A DNA stretch of 64,000 nt. Source: an uncultured Bacilli bacterium. Lineage in GTDB: Bacteria; Bacillota_I; Bacilli_A; RF39; UBA660. The stretch is taken from contig CAJUHO010000002.1 in the NCBI GenBank assembly GCA_910586195.1, positions 6,952-70,951 on the forward strand, given 5' to 3'. Position 1 is the stretch's first letter; every line of letters begins with the position of its first letter. Below the pieces are notes generated by a model, which saw only the letters and a program-made list of their open reading frames with translations, was not told the DNA's origin and did no database searches. Of this stretch, positions 56,720 through 64,000 are shown piece by piece. The translations under genes were made by a program, and so were the position numbers.

Positions 56720-57676
56720 ATGAAAATATTAATTTTGGGAGGACAAGGATTTATTGGACAAAATCTTTGTAAGCGACTAATAGAAGAAGGTCATGATGTT
56801 AGTGTAGTAGAAAGATCTATTGCAAAAGAAAGAGTACTAGAAAAGGTCTCTTATCATGAAGGGGATTTTACTGATATTTCTAGTTATAAAGAGTATTTAA
56901 GGGGAATAGATGTCGTCTATCATTTGATTAGTACGACTAATGCTAATGATTCTAATCAAGAAATAGAACGTGATATAGAACAAAATGTAGTAGGGACAGT
57001 TCGTCTTTTAGATGCTTGTGTAGAGGCAAATGTTAAAAAGATTGTATTTACTTCTAGTGGTGGAACTATTTATGGCATTCCTGAGAGTATTCCGATTGCA
57101 GAAGATGATATGAAAAATCCAATTTGTTCTTACGGAATTACCAAGTTAATGATTGAAAAGTATTTATATTTGTATCATCACTTATATGGAATTGATTATA
57201 CTGTCTTAAGGCTTTCCAATCCATATGGTCCTTATCATCAGTCTCCCAATCAGGGACTTATTAATGTGATTCTTAGAAAGGTTTATAATCAAGAAGAGGT
57301 TACAGTTTGGGGAGATGGAGAAGTAAAGAGAGATTATGTTTATATTAATGATGCAGTGGATGCTCTTTCTTTAGTGAAAGATATGGAATGTGAAGAGAAA
57401 GTATTTAATATAGGGAGTGGAAATTCCTATTCTATTTGTGATATAATAAAAGAAATTGAAAATGTATTGGGAGTAGATGTAAAGAAGACTTATAAAGAGG
57501 CAAGAAATCAAGATGTACCAATTAATGTACTTGATATCTCATTAGCACAGCAGATACTTGGTTGGAATCCTAAAATTGATTTGCCCACAGGTCTTGTTTT
57601 AACGTATGAAAGTCTTTGTAAGGAGGCCTCTTCCCAAAGTGAAGGAGTGACAAAACTTGAAAAAAGGAAAAAGTGA
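56720..57676 (+). CDS. NAD-dependent epimerase/dehydratase family protein
   Basis: ILGGQGFIGQN Rossmann motif; YGITKLMIE (YxxxK). Confidence 0.75.
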   Translation: MKILILGGQGFIGQNLCKRLIEEGHDVSVVERSIAKERVLEKVSYHEGDFTDISSYKEYLRGIDVVYHLISTTNANDSNQEIERDIEQNVVGTVRLLDACVEANVKKIVFTSSGGTIYGIPESIPIAEDDMKNPICSYGITKLMIEKYLYLYHHLYGIDYTVLRLSNPYGPYHQSPNQGLINVILRKVYNQEEVTVWGDGEVKRDYVYINDAVDALSLVKDMECEEKVFNIGSGNSYSICDIIKEIENVLGVDVKKTYKEARNQDVPINVLDISLAQQILGWNPKIDLPTGLVLTYESLCKEASSQSEGVTKLEKRKK

Positions 57677-58403
57677 AGAAGTTGTTATTAAGGTTTCAGA
57701 TGTTTCTAAGAATTTTAATGTTTATTATGATAAAGCAAATACTTTAAAGGAAAGAGTAATTTTTTTCCATAGAAATAAAATGGAAGTTAGAAAAGTTTTA
57801 AAACACATTAATTTAGAAATAAAAAAAGGAGAAACGGTTGCTTTAATTGGTGTTAATGGAAGCGGAAAATCAACTTTACTAAAGTTACTTACTAAAATTA
57901 TTTATCCCAACGGTGGTAATATTGAGATTAATGGAAAACTCACTTCTTTGCTTGAACTTGGTGCTGGATTTCATCCGGATTTTTCGGGTAGAGAGAATAT
58001 TTATTTCAATGCTTCTATTTTTGGATTGAATAAAGCTGAGATTGATAGAAGAATAGATGATATTATCGCTTTTTCTGAATTGGGAGAGTACATTGATAAT
58101 CCTATACGTACATATTCTTCTGGTATGTATATGCGACTTGCTTTTGCAGTTGCTATTAATGTAGATGCAGATATTCTACTTATTGATGAAGTACTTGCCG
58201 TTGGAGATCAACATTTTCAAGAAAAGTGTTTAAATAAAATGAAGGAATTAAAGAGTGAAGGAAAGACAATGGTATTTGTTAGTCATTCTATGGATGCTGT
58301 AAAATTTTTATGTGATAGAGCGATTTGGCTTTATCAGGGAGAAATTAGGAAAGATGGTAAAACGGAAAAAGTAATTGAAGAGTATTTAGAGGAATGTGCA
58401 TAA
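57657..58403 (+). CDS. Polysaccharide/teichoic-acid ABC exporter ATP-binding protein (Wzt/TagH-like)
   Basis: Walker A GVNGSGKST, signature YSSGMYMRL, Walker B LLIDEVLAVGD; TTG start. Confidence 0.8.
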   Translation: MKKGKSEEVVIKVSDVSKNFNVYYDKANTLKERVIFFHRNKMEVRKVLKHINLEIKKGETVALIGVNGSGKSTLLKLLTKIIYPNGGNIEINGKLTSLLELGAGFHPDFSGRENIYFNASIFGLNKAEIDRRIDDIIAFSELGEYIDNPIRTYSSGMYMRLAFAVAINVDADILLIDEVLAVGDQHFQEKCLNKMKELKSEGKTMVFVSHSMDAVKFLCDRAIWLYQGEIRKDGKTEKVIEEYLEECA

Positions 58404-58415
58404 GAGGTGATGGGA

Positions 58416-59189
58416 ATGAAGTTGTTACATGAGTTATATGTTTATAGAGAATTTTTAAAAACATCTATTCGAAAAGAGTTTCGTGGGAAATATAAAAAGT
58501 CTTTCCTAGGAGTTTTATGGTCATTTATTAATCCACTATTGCAGCTTTTGGTTTATGCTTTGGTGTTTCCATTTATTATGCGAGTGCAAGTAGAGAATTA
58601 TACTATGTTTTTAGTTGTTGCTCTTATTCCTTGGAATTTCTTTAATGCTACTGTCTGTCAAAGTACATCTACTATTATTGCTTCCTCAGGAATTATTAAA
58701 AAGGTATATTTCCCTAGGGCCATATTACCAATTTCTAATGTTACCAGTAATTTTTTAAATTTCTTAATTTCCTGCATTATTATTGTAGTTGCTCTTTTTG
58801 TTAGTGGTATAGGAATTGGTCCAAGTATTATCTATTTGCCATTAATTATGTTATTGCAATATGTTTTTTCACTTGCTATTTCCTTTATTTTATCATCTAT
58901 TACTGTTTATATAAGAGATTTAGAATACTTTGTTAGCGTTCTTATGATGCTTTGGTTCTATTTAACACCAGTACTTTATGAAATTAATATGATTCCTCCT
59001 AAGTTTCAAGCATTATTTAACTTGAATCCAATGGTTCATATTATTACAGCATACAGGCAGATTTTATATTATCAGCAAGCTCCGAATTTATTGTATATCT
59101 TAGGAATTTTGATAGCATGTTTTGTATTATTAATTGTTGGTAATTTTATTTTCCATCGTTGTGAGAAGAAATTTGCAGAGGAGTTATAG
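58416..59189 (+). CDS. ABC-2 type polysaccharide exporter permease (Wzm/TagG-like)
   Basis: 6 TM; ABC2_membrane pattern; follows the ATPase gene. Confidence 0.8.
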   Translation: MKLLHELYVYREFLKTSIRKEFRGKYKKSFLGVLWSFINPLLQLLVYALVFPFIMRVQVENYTMFLVVALIPWNFFNATVCQSTSTIIASSGIIKKVYFPRAILPISNVTSNFLNFLISCIIIVVALFVSGIGIGPSIIYLPLIMLLQYVFSLAISFILSSITVYIRDLEYFVSVLMMLWFYLTPVLYEINMIPPKFQALFNLNPMVHIITAYRQILYYQQAPNLLYILGILIACFVLLIVGNFIFHRCEKKFAEEL

Positions 59190-59198
59190 GAGGAAGTC

Positions 59199-60887
59199 AT
59201 GAAGCAGAAAGGTATTAAGCAGTTTGTAGTAGGTACAGCTTTAGGAGGAGTAGGACTTTTTCTTCTATATTTTTATATTTTTCGATATAATAATTTAATT
59301 AAGACATGGGATCACTCTACTTATTGGTTAACAACTTTAGGACAAAAATATGCAGTGGCTAGTGATTCTTTTTTTACTACTATTAAAAATATTTTTTTCT
59401 CTATTAATCATGATGATTATAATCTACTAGCATCTTTTTTATTACAACCTATATTTATCTTTTCAAGCGGTAGTTTCTTTGCGTATGGAATGTCCATATT
59501 TTTAGTAGGGGTCTTACCAATTTATTTTATTTATTCGTTTCTTTTTCGAAAAATTTTTCCAGAAAATAAAAATCATATATTATTTTTACTTTGTTTTATA
59601 GGACCATTCTTGTTATCGCCTTCTTTACATGTTCCATGTGCAGATGGTTATCTAGATATAATAGGGCTTATTCCTATTGGTATTATTTTGTATTGTACAT
59701 ATCAGTACAACTTTGAGAAACTAGATTGGAAAAAGACAGTTATTCTTTCTGTTTGTTTTTTACTAACTATTATTTTAAGAAGGTATTATGTTTATTTTAC
59801 CGTTTCTTATTTTATTACTTTGGCTATTGTCTACACGGTAGAGAAGTTTATTTTTAAAATGAAAAATGATTGGTTTCGTCAAGGATTACATGTTTTTATC
59901 GTTGGAATTTTATTCTCTATTGTGATATTATTATTTTTTCATACTATGATATTTAGAATTATTAAAGGGGATTATGCCAGTAGTTATAGTGCATATTCCT
60001 TTGGGAACTCTTTTTATCAGATTTTAGAAATTATTAAAAATATGGGACTTGGCGTTTTTATTCTTTATGTTTTTTCTTATATTTATACATGGATAAGGCA
60101 TAAAGAAAAACGAGAATTTTTTATAATTCTATTATTAAATTTGATTTTTACCATTCTTTTATTTAATCGAGTGCAAACGATGGATCAGCATCATTATTAC
60201 ACTTTCCTTTTAAATATGTTAGTACCAGTTTCAATTCTTATGGTGGACTTACTAAAAGATTTTAAAGTCAGCAGAAAAAAAGGATTGTTAGTTATTTTTG
60301 TGGTTTTTGTTTTATACATAGTTAGCAATTTTACTTTTTCTATTTTTCCAGTGCAAAAGGATCCCATAGGCCTTTTTGGAAAATCACAGATTTCTTATCG
60401 AAGTGCTTTAAGGGAACAGTTAAAACCAGTAATGAGTGAACTTAGAAAACTTTCGAAAGACGAAAATACTGTCATTTATACTGTAGCAAGTTCAGGACTT
60501 TTCAATAATGAAACATTTGCAAATTATGACTTGCCTGAGACTTCTTTAAGAAACGTTATTATTCCAACTCCAAATGTTGATTTAAGAGATGGCTTTTCTT
60601 CTTCACTATATAATGCTAATTACTTATTAGTTGTAAGTCCTATGCAATTACATTTACGTGAGGAGGATCAACAAGTAGTTAGTGTTATATATGATTCATT
60701 AAAAGAGGATTCGTCTATTAAGGATAATTATGAATCCATTAAAAAATGGAAAGTTTCCGATGTTACCATTGAATTATATGAGAAAACTGATGATTATGGG
60801 GTAGAAGAAAAAGAATATTTAAAAGAAAAGTTCAATAAGCGGTATAAAAAATATAAAGATTTATTCGAAAATAGAATTATGGAGTAA
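59199..60887 (+). CDS. Large polytopic membrane protein (562 aa), candidate GT-C-type glycosyltransferase/polymerase of the locus
   Basis: About 11 TM in the first 400 aa, then a soluble C-terminal domain; context only. Confidence 0.4.
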   Translation: MKQKGIKQFVVGTALGGVGLFLLYFYIFRYNNLIKTWDHSTYWLTTLGQKYAVASDSFFTTIKNIFFSINHDDYNLLASFLLQPIFIFSSGSFFAYGMSIFLVGVLPIYFIYSFLFRKIFPENKNHILFLLCFIGPFLLSPSLHVPCADGYLDIIGLIPIGIILYCTYQYNFEKLDWKKTVILSVCFLLTIILRRYYVYFTVSYFITLAIVYTVEKFIFKMKNDWFRQGLHVFIVGILFSIVILLFFHTMIFRIIKGDYASSYSAYSFGNSFYQILEIIKNMGLGVFILYVFSYIYTWIRHKEKREFFIILLLNLIFTILLFNRVQTMDQHHYYTFLLNMLVPVSILMVDLLKDFKVSRKKGLLVIFVVFVLYIVSNFTFSIFPVQKDPIGLFGKSQISYRSALREQLKPVMSELRKLSKDENTVIYTVASSGLFNNETFANYDLPETSLRNVIIPTPNVDLRDGFSSSLYNANYLLVVSPMQLHLREEDQQVVSVIYDSLKEDSSIKDNYESIKKWKVSDVTIELYEKTDDYGVEEKEYLKEKFNKRYKKYKDLFENRIME

Positions 60888-60891
60888 AAAT

Positions 60892-61875
60892 ATGAAAAAA
60901 GATGTGAAAAAGAAAAAAAATATAACTTTGTATGTTGTGATTCCTTGCTACAATGAAGAGGCAGTATTAAGTGAAACTACAAAAAGATTAAAAGAAAAAT
61001 TAGAAAAATTAATAAAACAGAAAGTGGTTTCAACGGATAGTCGTGTTATGTATGTGAATGATGGTAGTCGCGATAAAACTTGGGAGTTGATTGAAAAGAT
61101 TCATAAAGAAGAACAACTATTTACAGGGCTTTGCTTATCAAGAAATAGGGGACATCAAAACGCTTTACTAGCAGGATTGATGACGGCAAAGAATTATGCT
61201 GATGTTGTTATTAGTATGGATGCTGATTTACAAGATGATATTGATGCAATAGATGAGATGATTGAAAAATATAATACTGGAAGTGATATTGTCTATGGTG
61301 TTCGTAGTGCTAGAAAAGAGGATACTTGGTTTAAAAGGATAACAGCAGAAGGATTTTATAAGTTTATGAGTAAAATGGGAGTAGATATTGTTTATAATCA
61401 TGCAGATTATCGATTAACTAGCAGACGTGCTTTAAATTATTTAGAAAATTATAAAGAAGTAAATTTATTTTTACGTGGAATGTTCCCTTTAATTGGTTTT
61501 TCCTCTGACGTTGTTTATTATGAGAGAAAACAGCGGTTTGCGGGTGAAAGTAAGTATCCATTAAAAAAGATGTTATCATTTGCTTGGGATGGGATTACTT
61601 CTTTTTCGATTCGCCCAATTAAGTTAGTATTAACTCTTGGTGTTGTGATTTTCTTTATTAGTATTTTAATATTACTATATAGTTTTATTGTAAAACTTTT
61701 AGGTTATACTGTTCCTGGTTGGACATTTACTATTTGTTCTATCTGGATTGTGGCAGGACTTGAAATGCTTTCTTTAGGAATTATTGGGGAGTATATAGGA
61801 AAAATTTATAATGAGGTAAAGGCACGTCCTCGTTACATTATTGCACGTAATTTAAATGAGGAAGAGGAAAAATAA
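60892..61875 (+). CDS. gtrB: Polyprenol-phosphate glycosyltransferase (GtrB/CsbB-like GT2 with two C-terminal TM)
   Basis: LYVVIPCYNEE..., DGSRD, DADLQD motifs; two C-terminal TM helices. Confidence 0.8.
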   Translation: MKKDVKKKKNITLYVVIPCYNEEAVLSETTKRLKEKLEKLIKQKVVSTDSRVMYVNDGSRDKTWELIEKIHKEEQLFTGLCLSRNRGHQNALLAGLMTAKNYADVVISMDADLQDDIDAIDEMIEKYNTGSDIVYGVRSARKEDTWFKRITAEGFYKFMSKMGVDIVYNHADYRLTSRRALNYLENYKEVNLFLRGMFPLIGFSSDVVYYERKQRFAGESKYPLKKMLSFAWDGITSFSIRPIKLVLTLGVVIFFISILILLYSFIVKLLGYTVPGWTFTICSIWIVAGLEMLSLGIIGEYIGKIYNEVKARPRYIIARNLNEEEEK

Positions 61876-61877
61876 AT

Positions 61878-62348
61878 ATGAGTAACAAGAAAAATGATAA
61901 AAGAGATAATGCAGCTCTTTTTGTTCAAAAGGTATTGAAGATTTTTCATGTAAAGGTTAGTAATAAAACAGAGGACTTATTGATTCAAATTTTTAAGTTT
62001 GGAATTGTAGGAGTAGTGGCTACTCTTATTGATTTTCTATTTCTTTATATATTTAAAGAATTTTGCCATTTTCCAATTGTAGTTTCTAATACACTCTCAT
62101 TCTGTATATCTGTAATATATAATTATTATGCGAGTGTTAAATGGGTATTTCATATTAATCACGAAAAAGATGCTAGACGACAATTTGTTATTTTTATTAT
62201 ATTTAGTGTTGTAGGACTTTTGTTAAATGATTTAATTATGTGGGTTAGTACAGATTTATTTCATATTTATTATTTACTAGCTAAGGTTGTTGCTACAGCT
62301 ATTGTTATGGTATTTAATTTTATAACTAGAAAGTTATTCTTAGAGTAA
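61878..62348 (+). CDS. gtrA: GtrA-family membrane protein
   Basis: 156 aa, 4 TM; FKFGIVGVVATLIDF pattern; adjacent to gtrB. Confidence 0.7.
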   Translation: MSNKKNDKRDNAALFVQKVLKIFHVKVSNKTEDLLIQIFKFGIVGVVATLIDFLFLYIFKEFCHFPIVVSNTLSFCISVIYNYYASVKWVFHINHEKDARRQFVIFIIFSVVGLLLNDLIMWVSTDLFHIYYLLAKVVATAIVMVFNFITRKLFLE

Positions 62349-62365
62349 ATAATTTTTTCGAAAAT

Positions 62366-62397
62366 TCATAAAGTATAATACTTTATGAGTTTTTTTA
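62366..62397 (+). terminator. Rho-independent terminator after gtrA
   Basis: TCATAAAGTAT..ATACTTTATGA + GTTTTTTT. Confidence 0.55.
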
Positions 62398-62707
62398 TAA
62401 TACTTATTATTAAGTAAAAAAAATGGTATTATTAGGGAATAAAAAAATTAGAAAAATAAAATATTATAAAATTTTCAAGATATAAAAATAGTCAAAAATT
62501 GGTTATTCATATAGTGATTTGTTGCTATAAAAGAAAAAATAAGGGGCATTGGAGCACTAGATGGTTTTTCATTTTATAACTTTTCTAGAAAATAGGACTT
62601 TTTCTTTTCTTCTTATATTGTTTAATGGTATACTAAAAATAGATGTATGATAGAAATAGATATTCCACATTTTTTGTGGATAAAATTGCTAGAAAGGAAG
62701 AGATAAT

Positions 62708-63841
62708 ATGAAGAAAATATCAATTCTTTCTCTTCATTTAGGGTATGGTGGTTTAGAAAGAAGCGTTGTTACTCTTGCTAATTTGCTAGTAGAAAATTAT
62801 CAGGTGGAAATCGCTTGTGTTTATAAACTCTATGAAAAACCTGCATTTTCTTTAAATTCTAAAGTAGAAGTAAAATATTTAACAGATGTAAAACCCAATC
62901 GTGAAGAATTTGTGGAAAACTTTCGAAAAAGAAAATTTATCTGTTGCTTGAGGGAAGGAATTCATAGTTTAAAGATTCTTCGAATTAGAAAAAAAAGTGT
63001 GGTAGATTATATTAGAAAATCAGATTGTGATATAATGATAGCAACTCGTGATATTTTTGATTACTGGCTAGGAAAATATGCCCAGCAAGATGTCATGAAA
63101 ATTGGCTGGGAGCATAATCACTATCATAATGATTTAAACTATGCCAAAAAAATTGTAAAGTCTAATTATCATTTGGATTATTTGGTATTAGTATCAAAAG
63201 AGTTACAAAAATTCTATAGTGAGAAACTAAAAAATTCTCATTGTGAGTGTAGATATATTCCGAATGTTATTAGTGCAATTCCTAAGGAGTGCAGCTCTTT
63301 TCAGGATAAAAGATTAATATCTATTGGAAGACTTTCTAAAGAGAAAGGATATCTTGACTTATTACAAATGTTTACTAGGATTTTACAGTCTTATCCTGAT
63401 TGGAAATTAGATATTATTGGAGATGGAGAAGAAAGGAAAGTTTTAGAGAAATATATTAATGAAAATTGCCTAGATAAAAATGTTTTATTGCATGGTTTTC
63501 AGAAAAGAGAATATATTGACAAAGTATTACATCATTCCTCAATTTATGTGATGTCTTCTTATACAGAAAGTTTTGGAATTGTATTATTAGAAGCAATGAG
63601 TCATGGACTCCCCTGTGTTGCCTTTTCATCAGCAGAAGGGGCTTGTGAGATTATTGAAAATGAAAAAACAGGTTATTTGATAGAAAATAGAAATTTTTCA
63701 CAATATATTGAAAAAGTAGAATATCTGATAAAGCATAAAGACGTTGCTAAAAAAATGGGAGATAATGGACGTGAACAAGTAAAAGATTATACTGGAGAAA
63801 AAGTAATTTTAAAATGGCTAGATATTATTGAAAAGAGATGA
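62708..63841 (+). CDS. Family-4 (GT-B) glycosyltransferase
   Basis: GT4 C-terminal motif ESFGIVLLEAMSHGLPCVAF...GY. Confidence 0.8.
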   Translation: MKKISILSLHLGYGGLERSVVTLANLLVENYQVEIACVYKLYEKPAFSLNSKVEVKYLTDVKPNREEFVENFRKRKFICCLREGIHSLKILRIRKKSVVDYIRKSDCDIMIATRDIFDYWLGKYAQQDVMKIGWEHNHYHNDLNYAKKIVKSNYHLDYLVLVSKELQKFYSEKLKNSHCECRYIPNVISAIPKECSSFQDKRLISIGRLSKEKGYLDLLQMFTRILQSYPDWKLDIIGDGEERKVLEKYINENCLDKNVLLHGFQKREYIDKVLHHSSIYVMSSYTESFGIVLLEAMSHGLPCVAFSSAEGACEIIENEKTGYLIENRNFSQYIEKVEYLIKHKDVAKKMGDNGREQVKDYTGEKVILKWLDIIEKR

Positions 63842-63846
63842 TTAGA

Positions 63847-64000
63847 TGACGAAAATTTTATTTATATCTTCTACAGGAGGGCATCTATCAGAAATGATGC
63901 GATTAAAGGGGCTTTTTTCACATTATGATTATCATATTGTGACAGAGAAGACGAAATCTAATTTAAGTTTAAAATCAGATTATAAAGGACACATTAGTTT
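63847..64000 (+). CDS. Alg14/PssD-like oligosaccharide biosynthesis protein (3' partial at window edge)
   Basis: N-terminus MTKILFISSTGGHLSEMMRL... matches the Alg14-like/CpsF family. Confidence 0.5.

Overview
AT-rich (about 30% GC) chromosomal segment from a Gram-positive, spore-forming Firmicute (Clostridia/Erysipelotrichia-like; organism not identified). All calls are from reading the ORF translations and motifs only; no similarity searches were run.

Gene order across the window:
- 1-14.6 kb: tail of a suf Fe-S operon (sufS'-sufU-orf-sufB), ssbB-like SSB, XRE regulator, pyrimidine-nucleoside phosphorylase, a thioester-domain (TQxA) surface adhesin with its own sortase, VanY-type and PBP5-type D-Ala-D-Ala carboxypeptidases, a compact sporulation cluster (spoIIAA-like, sigF-like, spoVAC/AD/AE) that has no spoIIAB, and scpA/scpB.
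- 14.8-25.2 kb: tRNA-Leu(CAA), then an accessory island of about 10 kb ending at tRNA-Met(CAT). It holds a doubly disrupted rhuM, a truncated MobV/Pre relaxase, an ImmA/IrrE-like metallopeptidase fragment, and several orphan genes: an 867-aa/292-aa pair, an HD-domain hydrolase and a membrane protein. The tRNA 3'-end plus trailer motif recurs three times inside it.
- 25.4-36.3 kb: orphan LytTR regulator with a micro-ORF and an ABC exporter, SDR oxidoreductase, pflB-pflA, an RlmI-like methyltransferase, a RluA pseudouridine synthase, and a repetitive Pro/Val/Ala/Met-rich membrane-anchored protein.
- 36.3-64 kb: a PASTA-only membrane protein (minus strand), then a large rhamnose-containing cell-wall polysaccharide locus: rfbACDB, multiple GT2/GT4 glycosyltransferases, a Wzm/Wzt-type ABC exporter, gtrA/gtrB-like genes, an O-acetylation pair, and a 1040-aa GH25 muramidase carrying seven tandem repeats of about 107 aa.

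No CRISPR array, integrase, transposase or rRNA gene was seen.
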